Part shown: positions 49,654 through 57,954 of the stretch, one piece after another
Layout: every line of letters begins with the position of its first letter
How positions within the stretch are numbered: the first letter of the stretch is position 1
Assembly (NCBI GenBank): GCA_963710645.1
Contig: CAVQBD010000006.1
Location: 46,550-110,549 of the forward strand
Source: an uncultured Holophagae bacterium
GTDB lineage: Bacteria > Acidobacteriota > Thermoanaerobaculia > Thermoanaerobaculales > Sulfomarinibacteraceae
DNA: 64,000 nt
Direction: 5' to 3'
Position numbers and translations under genes: made by a program
Notes under the pieces: generated by a model
Databases searched by the model: none
Told to the model about the DNA's origin: nothing
Seen by the model: the letters and a program-made list of their open reading frames with translations, nothing else

Positions 49654-50256
49654 TCAGACCAGCGTCGAATCGTGGAGGAGGTTCCAGAAGTCGAGATCGC
49701 AGCGCTCGAAGAGCTCGGGGAGGCGGTGGATAGGGAGCCCGACCACGGTGTGGGGCGATCCGTCGATGCCGGCAACCAGCAGCCCGCCTCGACCCTGGAC
49801 GGCGTAGGCGCCGGCCTTGTCCATGGGTTCGTCCGTCGAGGTGTACCAATCGATCATGGGATCGCTCAGCGAGCGGAAGGTGACGAAGGTGGTGTCGACC
49901 AAAGCGGCGCATCTGTCGTCGTGGGCCAATGCCACGGCGGTGTGGACGTGGTGAGTCCGGCCCGAGAGCAGGTTCAGCATGCGCACGGCGTCGACGCGGT
50001 CCACTGGTTTTCCCAGCGCCTTGCCGTCGATCTCCACCACCGTGTCCGATCCCAGCACCGGGAGACCGTTTTCTGTGGCGACGGCCGCCGCCTTGTCGCG
50101 GGCGGCGCGCAACGCGAACTCGGTGGCGGTCTCGTCCCGTCGTTGGATCTCCTCCACATCGGCGGGACGGACCAGGTGCGGCAGTCCGATCAGGTCGAGC
50201 AGCTGCCGGCGTCGCGGTGAGGCGCTTGCAAGTATGATCTTCGGTTCCACATCCAT
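49654..50256 (-). CDS. maf: Maf-family nucleoside-triphosphate pyrophosphatase
   Basis: ...IILASASPRRRQLLDLIG..., ...VLGSDTVVEIDG..., ...DKAGAYAVQG.... Start taken at the MDVEPK Met; upstream codons of the ORF translate the heptamer repeats. Confidence 0.9.
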   Translation of the reverse strand: MDVEPKIILASASPRRRQLLDLIGLPHLVRPADVEEIQRRDETATEFALRAARDKAAAVATENGLPVLGSDTVVEIDGKALGKPVDRVDAVRMLNLLSGRTHHVHTAVALAHDDRCAALVDTTFVTFRSLSDPMIDWYTSTDEPMDKAGAYAVQGRGGLLVAGIDGSPHTVVGLPIHRLPELFERCDLDFWNLLHDSTLV

Positions 50257-50276
50257 CGCGTGAGTATATCGTCGAC

Positions 50277-50366
50277 GGGACTCGGGACTCGGGACTCGGG
50301 ACTCGGGACTCGGGACTCGGGAACGGCTCTTCAAATTTCGAATTTCGAACTTCGAATTTCGAGTTC
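50277..50366. repeat. (GGGACTC)6 followed by (ATTTCGA)n; inverted relative to 47758-47812
   Basis: Read directly: gggactcgggactcgggactcgggactcgggactcgggaacggctcttcaaatttcgaatttcgaacttcgaatttcgag. Confidence 0.9.
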
Positions 50367-50376
50367 TCAAACCCGG

Positions 50377-51342
50377 CTAATCTCTCGACAAACCTCCCAA
50401 GAATCGAGTTATGTCTTCAGGAATAGGACTTTCCACCGTCAACAATTCGCCCGTCTGGGGGTGGGGGAGTGTGAGCTTGGCAGCGTGCAGAAGTGGGCGG
50501 TGAACCTCCGGATCAAGACCTGCACCGTAGAGCCTGTCGCCCACCACGGGATGGCCGAGGTGGGCCAGGTGGACACGGACCTGATGGGTGCGGCCTGTGA
50601 CCAGTCGGCACTCCACCAGGGCGGTGCCCGACGAATGGCGGTCGAGAACCACAACCTGTGTTTGCGCCATGGCGCCGTCGGAGGCGACGCGGAACCGCCA
50701 CCGGTGGCTTCGGTCGCGCGCGATGGGTTGTTCTATCGAAAATTCATCAGATGGTGGGTTGCCTTCCACGACGGCCAGATACCTGCGGTCCACCCCGCCG
50801 TCGGCCCAGGCCCGCGTCAAAGGGGGCAGGGATTGGGGGTTGCGCGCGAAGAGCACCGCACCGCTGGTGAGCCGATCGATGCGGTGGACGAGGCGCAAGA
50901 AGGGCCGGCGACCTTCACGCTGGGCGAGGCCGAGGAGCAGCAGCTGGTCCAGCGCCAGCTCGCCGGAGTCGTTCTCGGCGGGCTGAGACAACACGCCGGC
51001 TGGCTTGTCCACGACCACCAGCCAACGATCCTCGAAGAGGATCTCCGGCAGCGGGAGATCGGGACGAGCGGGTACACCGAGTTCGTGGCAGGGTTGCAGC
51101 ACGTCCACCACGTCCCCAACCGACAGCGGTTTCGACTGAACCCGCACGGGCTCACCGTTGCGCCACACGCTGCCGGACCCCACGAGTCGACGCGCGGCGC
51201 GGCGAGACAGGCTGGTGGATCCGGCGAGGAAGATATCGAGACGCTCGGCATCACGTTCGGGTGGTACCACGAGGCGGGTGGATCCCGGGTTCACAGTGCC
51301 GGTCAGGATTCGACCGGTGTGGCGTGGACAGGGAGGATGCAA
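50377..51342 (-). CDS. RluA-family 23S rRNA pseudouridine synthase (RluD-like) with S4 domain
   Basis: S4-like ...RLDIFLAG...SRRAARRLV.... Catalytic ...RLVHRIDRLTSGAVLFAR... and ...GRTHQVRVHLAHLGHPVVGD.... Start uncertain; the ORF overlaps the upstream gene by 40 nt. Confidence 0.85.
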   Translation of the reverse strand: MHPPCPRHTGRILTGTVNPGSTRLVVPPERDAERLDIFLAGSTSLSRRAARRLVGSGSVWRNGEPVRVQSKPLSVGDVVDVLQPCHELGVPARPDLPLPEILFEDRWLVVVDKPAGVLSQPAENDSGELALDQLLLLGLAQREGRRPFLRLVHRIDRLTSGAVLFARNPQSLPPLTRAWADGGVDRRYLAVVEGNPPSDEFSIEQPIARDRSHRWRFRVASDGAMAQTQVVVLDRHSSGTALVECRLVTGRTHQVRVHLAHLGHPVVGDRLYGAGLDPEVHRPLLHAAKLTLPHPQTGELLTVESPIPEDITRFLGGLSRD

Positions 51343-52010
51343 TGGGCGACCGTTCCCTCATCGGGTGAACTGTCGATCTCGATGTGGCCACCCAGGACGT
51401 GTGTGTACTTCGCGGCCACGGAAAGGCCGAGTCCGGGCCGTCCTCCGTGCTGCGGGAAGAAGGGTTGGAAGACCCTCTCGAGAATCTCCTCCGCGATTCC
51501 CTCGCCCGCGTCCCGAACCGAGATTCGAACCGAGTCCAGGGTTGGCTGATCGATGCTGACCTCGATCTCGTGCGGCGGTTCGGTGTGCTCGACAGCGTTG
51601 TCCAACAGTCGCTCGGCGATGATCCGGATCGCGTCCGAATCGCTTGCCATTTCGGGGGCTGAGATGTCGGGACCGAACAGTACCTCCGCCGGTTCGCCCC
51701 GCGCTCCCTGGCGCGCGGCTTCGACGACCCCGGTCATGACGATGCCGAGATCCATCGTCCGGATATTCAGCCTCGGAGGTCGGCCGAGCAACAGCATTTC
51801 CTGGAGGTTGCCTTCGAGTCGTTTCAGCTGTTTTTGGATCATGAGGGCCGATCGCGCGATGGACTCGTCGTCGCCGGCCTTCAGGCTCAACGCCTCGGAC
51901 TGCACCAGGGCGGCGAAGATCGGGTTGCGGAGGGCGTGCGCGATCTGGTTGACCAGCCAATCCTGATCGTAGGCCGGATCGATGGACGAGGTGCTGGTGA
52001 TCGTGGCCAC
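51303..52010 (-). CDS. sensor-less histidine kinase core (HisKA-like plus HATPase_c)
   Basis: H-box-like ...QIAHALRNPIFAA.... ATPase boxes ...LLDNAVEHT..., ...VRDAGEGI..., ...GRPGLGLSVA.... No TM or sensor domain in its 235 aa. Confidence 0.7.
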   Translation of the reverse strand: MATITSTSSIDPAYDQDWLVNQIAHALRNPIFAALVQSEALSLKAGDDESIARSALMIQKQLKRLEGNLQEMLLLGRPPRLNIRTMDLGIVMTGVVEAARQGARGEPAEVLFGPDISAPEMASDSDAIRIIAERLLDNAVEHTEPPHEIEVSIDQPTLDSVRISVRDAGEGIAEEILERVFQPFFPQHGGRPGLGLSVAAKYTHVLGGHIEIDSSPDEGTVAHCILPVHATPVES

Positions 52011-52014
52011 GGCT

Positions 52015-53487
52015 CTACAACTCGGGGCGGACCACGCTGGTGGCCGGCAGAGCTCGATTGCGGGCCCATGACCGGATCGCCTTGAGCTGATCCTCCATGG
52101 TCCGTGACAGCGGGATGATCTTGCCGATGGCCGACAGCATGTCGTTCTGGCCGACGGTGGTGTTGTTGGCTATGGAGGTGATTCTGGCGGCCTTCACCCC
52201 TTGCTCGATCTCTGCACCGTTCCAGGTGCGGGTGGCAGAGGCGAGGAGAATGAGATCGAAAGCTTTCGGATCGAGGCCGTTGCGTTGCATATGAATGCTC
52301 AAGATCTCCTTGCGTTCTTCGTCGTTCGGCAGGTCCACAAAAAAGACCTGGTCGAACCGTCCCTTGCGGATGACCTCGGCGGGCAGGAGGTTGATGCGGT
52401 TGGCGGTGGCTGCCACGAAGACCTCGGCGCGATGCTCCTGCATCCACGTCAGAAAGGTGGAGAAGATGCGGGTCAGAGAGCCGCTCTGCCCCTCGTGGTA
52501 GCCGGCGATTCCCATCTCGATCTCATCGATCCACAGAACCGCGGGCGCCACCGACTCGATGGCGTCGAGCGCACGGTTGAAGACCCACTCCGCCGATCCC
52601 TGGACACCGGCGAAGACCATGTTCATGTCGAGTCGAAACAGAGGGAGCTGCCACTCGCGCGCGATCACCTTCACTGCCAAACTCTTGCCACAACCGGAGA
52701 TTCCCATGAGAAGGACCCCTTTTGGAACCGGCAAGTCCTTTTTGCGCGCATCGGGTGTGAAGAGCGAAGAACGCTCGTGGACCCACTCCTTGAGCTGGTC
52801 GAGACCACCGAGCTGTTCAAGACTCTCGTCGGGGGGCACGAATTCTAAGATGCCCTCCTTGCGGGTGACCTGTTCCTTCTCATCGAGCACCAGCTTGAAG
52901 AACTCTTCGTCCACCCCGGAATGACGGTCCAGCAGCCGGCGAAGCAGATGTTCAACCTCGGTCAGGCTCATGCCTTTGAGCGCGCCAACCAATCGTTCCA
53001 CATCGGCGTCCGACACGTCCTTGGACTGGACCATGGTGCGCACGGTGGCTTCCAACTCGGTCGAGTCCGGAAACATGGAGACCACGACATAAGTCAGCGG
53101 TTTGAGCGTTTCGGGCAGATTGGCGTCGTGTTTCAGAAGGAAGAGGAAGCGTCCGCTGTTGCGCACCTTCATGGCGGTGTCTCGCAGACGTCTGAGAATA
53201 CGGCGGTCATCGAGGTACTCGCCCATGTCCTTGAGCAGGTAGATTCCGCGTGGGGCTTCGTCCGCAATCCAGCTCAGCGCCTCCATGGGGTCGGTCAGAT
53301 CGATGGTGTCGTCACCGGTGAAGCCCTCCACGCAATTCCACACCGACACCGGGAGCGGCTCCGGTTTGGCGGCTGCTGCGAATCGCCCGAGCAGGCGCTC
53401 GAGGCGTTCCTCCTCGAGGCTCACCAACACCGTCAGCGGATAGGCAGAAGCAAGGGCGGTCCGAATCTGTTCGAGGGTGGTTTGCAT
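52015..53487 (-). CDS. AAA+ ATPase (classic AAA clade) with N-terminal domain of unknown function
   Basis: Walker A GVLLMGISGCGKSL, Walker B VLWIDEIE, second region of homology ...FVAATANRINLLPAEVIRKGRFD.... Confidence 0.8.
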   Translation of the reverse strand: MQTTLEQIRTALASAYPLTVLVSLEEERLERLLGRFAAAAKPEPLPVSVWNCVEGFTGDDTIDLTDPMEALSWIADEAPRGIYLLKDMGEYLDDRRILRRLRDTAMKVRNSGRFLFLLKHDANLPETLKPLTYVVVSMFPDSTELEATVRTMVQSKDVSDADVERLVGALKGMSLTEVEHLLRRLLDRHSGVDEEFFKLVLDEKEQVTRKEGILEFVPPDESLEQLGGLDQLKEWVHERSSLFTPDARKKDLPVPKGVLLMGISGCGKSLAVKVIAREWQLPLFRLDMNMVFAGVQGSAEWVFNRALDAIESVAPAVLWIDEIEMGIAGYHEGQSGSLTRIFSTFLTWMQEHRAEVFVAATANRINLLPAEVIRKGRFDQVFFVDLPNDEERKEILSIHMQRNGLDPKAFDLILLASATRTWNGAEIEQGVKAARITSIANNTTVGQNDMLSAIGKIIPLSRTMEDQLKAIRSWARNRALPATSVVRPEL

Positions 53488-53522
53488 GGCGTCTCCATTG
53501 TATTACGGAGTGAATTTCGGCA

Positions 53523-53670
53523 AGTGAATAGAAAATGGTGAATAGTGAATAGTGAATAGTGAATAGTGAATAGTGAATAGGGCTGGGTTGGTTGTGATCA
53601 CCTCGGCGAGCAGAGCCCCGGGTGGATGGGCGGTTCTATTCACCATTCGCTATTCACTGTTTGCGATTCA
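53523..53670. repeat. ORF-less hairpin element with (GTGAATA)n arms
   Basis: agtgaatagaaaatggtgaatagtgaatagtgaatagtgaatagtgaatagtgaatag (53523-53580), a 55-nt GC-rich core, then ctattcaccattcgctattcactgtttgcgattc (53636-53669). Confidence 0.85.
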
Positions 53671-53677
53671 ATACCTT

Positions 53678-54355
53678 CTACGAGCTGCGTGATCCGCCCT
53701 GGCGGAAGGAGCGGCCAAGGCGCCGGGCGACGCGCACGGTTGCGGGCTGCCATCTGGGCCAGAGCTTGGCCAGATAGATGGTCGAAACCACTGTAACCAG
53801 CGCCACGGCTACCCAGGTCCCGAGGACCTTGCCGGTGGCGGTGGTGGCTTCCAGGCGGGCGAGATCGCCGGCCAGCCACCAGCCCAGCCCGGACCAGGCC
53901 AGCAGGTGAACCGAGAGCGCGACCAAATCCCACGTGAGGAAGCGACGCCAGGAAATGCCCGCCACGCCACAGCCGGCGATCCAGGCGCCGCGGCCAAGGG
54001 GAAGAACCCGCGCCGGCACGAAACCGACCATCGCTGCGGGCGACTCATTGAGACGGGCGGTCACCGATTCAAGCTGGCTTGAGATGCGAGGGAACCGATC
54101 AAGTCTCGGCCGCAACCAGCGGCCGGCCAGATAGACGGCCTGATCTGTGATCAGGTGGCTGAGTCCTGCCGCGGCCAACAGGACAACTGCCTCGGTCGGC
54201 GATCCGGCACGGGCGGCCAGGACGCCAACGGCCACCATGAACAACTCCTCTGGAATCACGTGACCCACTGCCCGGATCAGGGGCGGCAGACCAAGCGCCA
54301 ACAGAAGGGCATGGGGCTCGAGCCAGGCGAGGATATGGGCGAGGTGGCTCTCCAC
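53678..54355 (-). CDS. DedA/VTT-domain membrane protein
   Basis: Polytopic, about 225 aa; ...IPEELFMVAVGVLAA... and ...GFVPARVLPLGRGAWIAGCG... resemble the SNARE-associated/DedA layout. By-eye call. Confidence 0.65.
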   Translation of the reverse strand: MESHLAHILAWLEPHALLLALGLPPLIRAVGHVIPEELFMVAVGVLAARAGSPTEAVVLLAAAGLSHLITDQAVYLAGRWLRPRLDRFPRISSQLESVTARLNESPAAMVGFVPARVLPLGRGAWIAGCGVAGISWRRFLTWDLVALSVHLLAWSGLGWWLAGDLARLEATTATGKVLGTWVAVALVTVVSTIYLAKLWPRWQPATVRVARRLGRSFRQGGSRSS

Positions 54356-54408
54356 GACTTCAGAGTATACAGGAGGAACACATTCGTATGAAACAGGGCT
54401 GATCGTTA

Positions 54409-54546
54409 CTCTGAATTCTCAATTCTCGATTCTCAATTTTGAATTGCCATTTCCTTGTTGTCGGGTTCACCGATTAGGTGGCGGAATTCAAAACTTAAAA
54501 ATTTAATCTCAGAATTAAGAACTGAGAATTCAAAATTCAAAACTCA
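54409..54546. repeat. ORF-less hairpin element (AT-rich heptamer arms)
   Basis: Read directly: ctctgaattctcaattctcgattctcaattttgaattgcc - about 35 nt - ggaattcaaaacttaaaaatttaatctcagaattaagaactgagaattcaaaattcaaaactc. Confidence 0.85.
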
Positions 54547-55493
54547 TTTCCGATTGGGTGGTGGCAACGGACGCTGCGCCCCTCACCGATCTCTGCGAGA
54601 GCCGGGCTCTTGTTGCACTCTTCTGAGGCCCGGTCGCAGCTGACGGCATAACGGCAAGCGCCCGTGGGCCAGCTGCCCAGGTTGAACAACCCTTGTCGAG
54701 GCGGGCGCCATGCCGGGTCGGGGACAGGGGTCGCTGCGACCATGGCCGCGGTGTAGGGATGGGCCGGTCGATCGAGGAGGGAGTCGGCCGGTCCCTGCTC
54801 CACAATCACGCCGTCGAGGAGAACGGCGATGCGGTCGCAGACCTGGCGGACCACCCTCAAGTCGTGGGAAATAAAGACCATGGACAGAGAATGCCGATGT
54901 CGCAGTTCGTTCAAGAGCTTCAGGATCTCACCACGGATCGACACGTCGAGGAACGACACCGGTTCGTCGAGAATCAACAGCGCCGGGCCCGGAGCCATGG
55001 CCCGTGCGATGGCGATGCGCTGCCGTTCTCCACCCGAAAAAGCGCTCGGCAACCGTCGGGCGGCGTCCTCCGGAAGACCGACGCGGGCCAGGAGCTCTCG
55101 AACCCGGGTGCGGCGTTCCGCGGTCGTGCCGATGCCAAAGGACACCAGCGGTTCTGACACGATGGTGCCCACCGACAACCGGGGGTCCAGTGACGCCAGG
55201 GGGTCTTGAAAGACCGCCTGGAACCGCCGCCGCAGCGGGCGCACTCGCCGCGGCGTCATGACCGAAATCGGCTGGCCGTCAAAATGGACGGACCCGGCGT
55301 CCGGCCGTTCGAGGGCCAGCAGGAGCCGCGCGAGCGTAGATTTGCCGGCACCGGAGGATCCGACGACGCCCAGGACCTGACCAGCCTCGACCCGTAAATC
55401 CACGTTGCTCAGGGCACGTATGACATGACCGGATCCGCCGCGTGCCGGGTAATCGCGGCAGAGACCGACAGCTTCGATGATCGCCTCAGACAT
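54537..55493 (-). CDS. oligopeptide/dipeptide-type ABC ATPase (DppF/OppF-like)
   Basis: Walker A GVVGSSGAGKSTLAR, signature FSGGERQRIAIARA, Walker B LILDEPVSFLD, Cys-rich C-terminal extension. The start overlaps the upstream ATPase stop by 8 nt. Confidence 0.85.
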   Translation of the reverse strand: MSEAIIEAVGLCRDYPARGGSGHVIRALSNVDLRVEAGQVLGVVGSSGAGKSTLARLLLALERPDAGSVHFDGQPISVMTPRRVRPLRRRFQAVFQDPLASLDPRLSVGTIVSEPLVSFGIGTTAERRTRVRELLARVGLPEDAARRLPSAFSGGERQRIAIARAMAPGPALLILDEPVSFLDVSIRGEILKLLNELRHRHSLSMVFISHDLRVVRQVCDRIAVLLDGVIVEQGPADSLLDRPAHPYTAAMVAATPVPDPAWRPPRQGLFNLGSWPTGACRYAVSCDRASEECNKSPALAEIGEGRSVRCHHPIGNEF

Positions 55494-56487
55494 CGTTGGT
55501 TTCACCATGAGCCGGATCCGAGAGTTCGCGCACCGCCACCGGACAGCGGACAAAGTGAAGACCGTCGACCGCGGTCAGTGCGGGCGGGTGAGCCAAACAA
55601 CGGGCTTCGGCGATTGGGCATCGGCCGGCATAACAACATCCCCGCGAGGGATCGGCCGAATCGCTGGTCGTCTGAGATTTCCTCCGGAGACCCAATCCCT
55701 CCTGGGCGTCGAGGAGGTGTTTGGTGTACGGGTGAAGCGGTCGTCCGAAGAGCTCCCCGGTTGGGGCATGCTCGATGATCTGACCGGCCAACATTACGAT
55801 GACGCGATCAACCAACCCGGCGACCACTGCCAAGTCGTGGCTGATCAGCAGCAACGCCATGTGATCGTCTGCCAGTTTTCGGAGGAGGTCGAGAATCTGC
55901 CCCTGGGTCAGTACGTCGAGAGCGGTTGTGGGTTCGTCCGCTATCAGAAGTCGGGGATTGCCGGCCAGGGCCAGGGCGATCATCGCCCGTTGGAGTTGTC
56001 CCCCGGACAGCTGGTGGGGGTAAGCGGACCCGATATCGCCGGCGTCGCCGAGGGCCACCACGTCGAGCAGTCGTCGGGTCTCGGCGCGGGCCCCGTCGCG
56101 GTCCGACCGACTGTGTGCCACCACCGTCTCGGAAATCTGAAAGCCCACGGTGAGGACCGGATTGAGGGCGGCCGGCGCCTCCTGAAAGACGATGCCCAGG
56201 GTCCCGCCTCGGATGGCGCGCAGGCGGTTCTCGTCGGCTCCGACGAGATCGCAACCATCCACTGTGACGCACCCCGAACGAGTCCTGCCGTTGCCGGCGA
56301 CCAAGCCCAGGGCGGCCAGGGCGACCACGCTCTTGCCGCTGCCCGACTCGCCAACCAGGGCCACCCGTTCCGAGGCCGCAACCTCGAGCGAGAGATCGTT
56401 GACGACACGCCGCCAGCCGCCGTCGGGCTTCGGGTAGTCCACCGTCAGATTCTGGATCGCGAGCAGGGGATCAACTCGCATCGTCAC
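55486..56487 (-). CDS. oligopeptide/dipeptide-type ABC ATPase (DppD/OppD-like)
   Basis: Walker A LVGESGSGKSVVAL, signature LSGGQLQRAMIALA, Walker B LIADEPTTALD, Cys-rich C-terminal extension. Confidence 0.85.
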   Translation of the reverse strand: MTMRVDPLLAIQNLTVDYPKPDGGWRRVVNDLSLEVAASERVALVGESGSGKSVVALAALGLVAGNGRTRSGCVTVDGCDLVGADENRLRAIRGGTLGIVFQEAPAALNPVLTVGFQISETVVAHSRSDRDGARAETRRLLDVVALGDAGDIGSAYPHQLSGGQLQRAMIALALAGNPRLLIADEPTTALDVLTQGQILDLLRKLADDHMALLLISHDLAVVAGLVDRVIVMLAGQIIEHAPTGELFGRPLHPYTKHLLDAQEGLGLRRKSQTTSDSADPSRGCCYAGRCPIAEARCLAHPPALTAVDGLHFVRCPVAVRELSDPAHGETNDV

Positions 56488-56535
56488 CGGCTTTCTGATG
56501 CGACCGGCTGGGCGCCATCCGGTGAGACGTGCGGA

Positions 56536-57672
56536 TTAACGGACATGACGCAAGTGCTCGAGCCGGGCCGTCTTGTCGGGATACACCGAGCCGAAGTGTG
56601 ACAGGACGGGCGGTCTTCGCCAGCAATGAGCGACGACATCGCCGGCATCCAATCGGCCGTTGCCATCATCGGAAACCAGCACGGTGTAGTGGCCGTCGTC
56701 CACCAGACAGTCACCTGCCAAAACGTCCTCTCCCCAAAGCATGGGTCGATTTCTCCGGACGGCATCGCCTGAGGAAAGGTCGACCTCACCAAGGGGTTGC
56801 ATGCTGGCCTCGTTGAACACCGGGGCTCCAGTCACGGCGACTGCGGCGAAGCTGCGGGACGAAGTCAGCACGCGTCGGTCCACAAGCTCGCTAAAGGATC
56901 GGCCGAAGGCCATTTCCGCGATCTCGTCCTGGAGACTGCCGTCGTCGGGATCCGTCTCCCACCCCGGGAGGTTGAAAAGCTCGCCCACCGCGGGGTGGAG
57001 GTTGTCAGGCAACGAGGCCGCCTTGTGAAGTGCCGGATAATCGGGATCGAGGAAGTTCTCTGCGCCGCGGGTCGACACGGTTTGGACCGCCAGGACGTTG
57101 CTGCTCTCAGGTTTGATGACGTCGATCTTCACGTAGAGTCGGAGGGTTCCGGCGTCAACCAGGAGGTTGTCGGGCTGCGGCCCCAAACCGTCGTCGTGAT
57201 GTTTCTCGGGTGGTGATGCGGCGAGTAGGCCCTGACCCATCTCGGGCGCCAGGAACGGTCGGTACCGAAGTCGTTTGACCGCGTTCTCGGGCGCGACGAG
57301 CCCGCCGATGTTGGTGCTCTCCACCGTGAACCAGAAGGCCCTCACCGTGCGGTCTTTTTCGGGCCACTCCCCGGTCTGGCTGTGATCAACGATCTCCCCG
57401 TCGATGGAAAGCCGCTCCACGGGCGCCAGCCACTGCCGTCTCCCTCCTGGATACTGAAGTTCGAGGGCCGCCGCCACCCGTGCTTCGTCGCCGGGCGCGA
57501 CGCTCCGTGGGCCGGTGCGGAACACAGGGTCTGAATCATCTGCGGTCACGATACGCACGCCCACCACCACGGGTCTCCGGGCATCTCGGACCTTCCAGTA
57601 GATCAAAGGGGTCGCGATCAGCCCGACCAGCACGACGATGATGACGGTGATGAGCCTGTTTTCGGAACTCAT
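56536..57672 (-). CDS. membrane-anchored hypothetical protein
   Basis: A single N-terminal TM (LITVIIVVLVGLIATPLIYW), then about 350 aa with coding-like composition. No motif recognised. Confidence 0.5.
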   Translation of the reverse strand: MSSENRLITVIIVVLVGLIATPLIYWKVRDARRPVVVGVRIVTADDSDPVFRTGPRSVAPGDEARVAAALELQYPGGRRQWLAPVERLSIDGEIVDHSQTGEWPEKDRTVRAFWFTVESTNIGGLVAPENAVKRLRYRPFLAPEMGQGLLAASPPEKHHDDGLGPQPDNLLVDAGTLRLYVKIDVIKPESSNVLAVQTVSTRGAENFLDPDYPALHKAASLPDNLHPAVGELFNLPGWETDPDDGSLQDEIAEMAFGRSFSELVDRRVLTSSRSFAAVAVTGAPVFNEASMQPLGEVDLSSGDAVRRNRPMLWGEDVLAGDCLVDDGHYTVLVSDDGNGRLDAGDVVAHCWRRPPVLSHFGSVYPDKTARLEHLRHVR

Positions 57673-57700
57673 TGGATGATTGTAGCGTTCCGGTTGGACT

Positions 57701-57918
57701 GAAAAGAGTGAAAAGTGAATAGTGAATAGTAAAAAGTGGTTTGGATCGGCGTGAGTGTCTCGCTGTCACGTCGGTCTCGGGACCGCCATCTATTCACTAT
57801 TTGCTATTCAGTTCAACTCGGGACTCGTCCCCTCCCACCCATGCGTTGAATCCATCCGAGCCCCGAGCCCCGAGTCCCGAATCCCGTCCGGGATCCCCAT
57901 TCTATTCACTATTCACTT
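57701..57918. repeat. composite repeat region: (GTGAATA)n hairpin, then GGGACTC/CCCGAGC heptamers, then a second (TATTCAC)n
   Basis: Components: gaaaagagtgaaaagtgaatagtgaatagtaaaaagtg (57701-57738); tctattcactatttgctattcag (57789-57811); ccgagccccgagccccgagtcccgaatcccg (57855-57885); tctattcactattcacttgc (57900-57919). Confidence 0.85.
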
Positions 57919-57954
57919 GCCGAAAACAAAGCAGCGCTAGAATCAACCGTGTCG

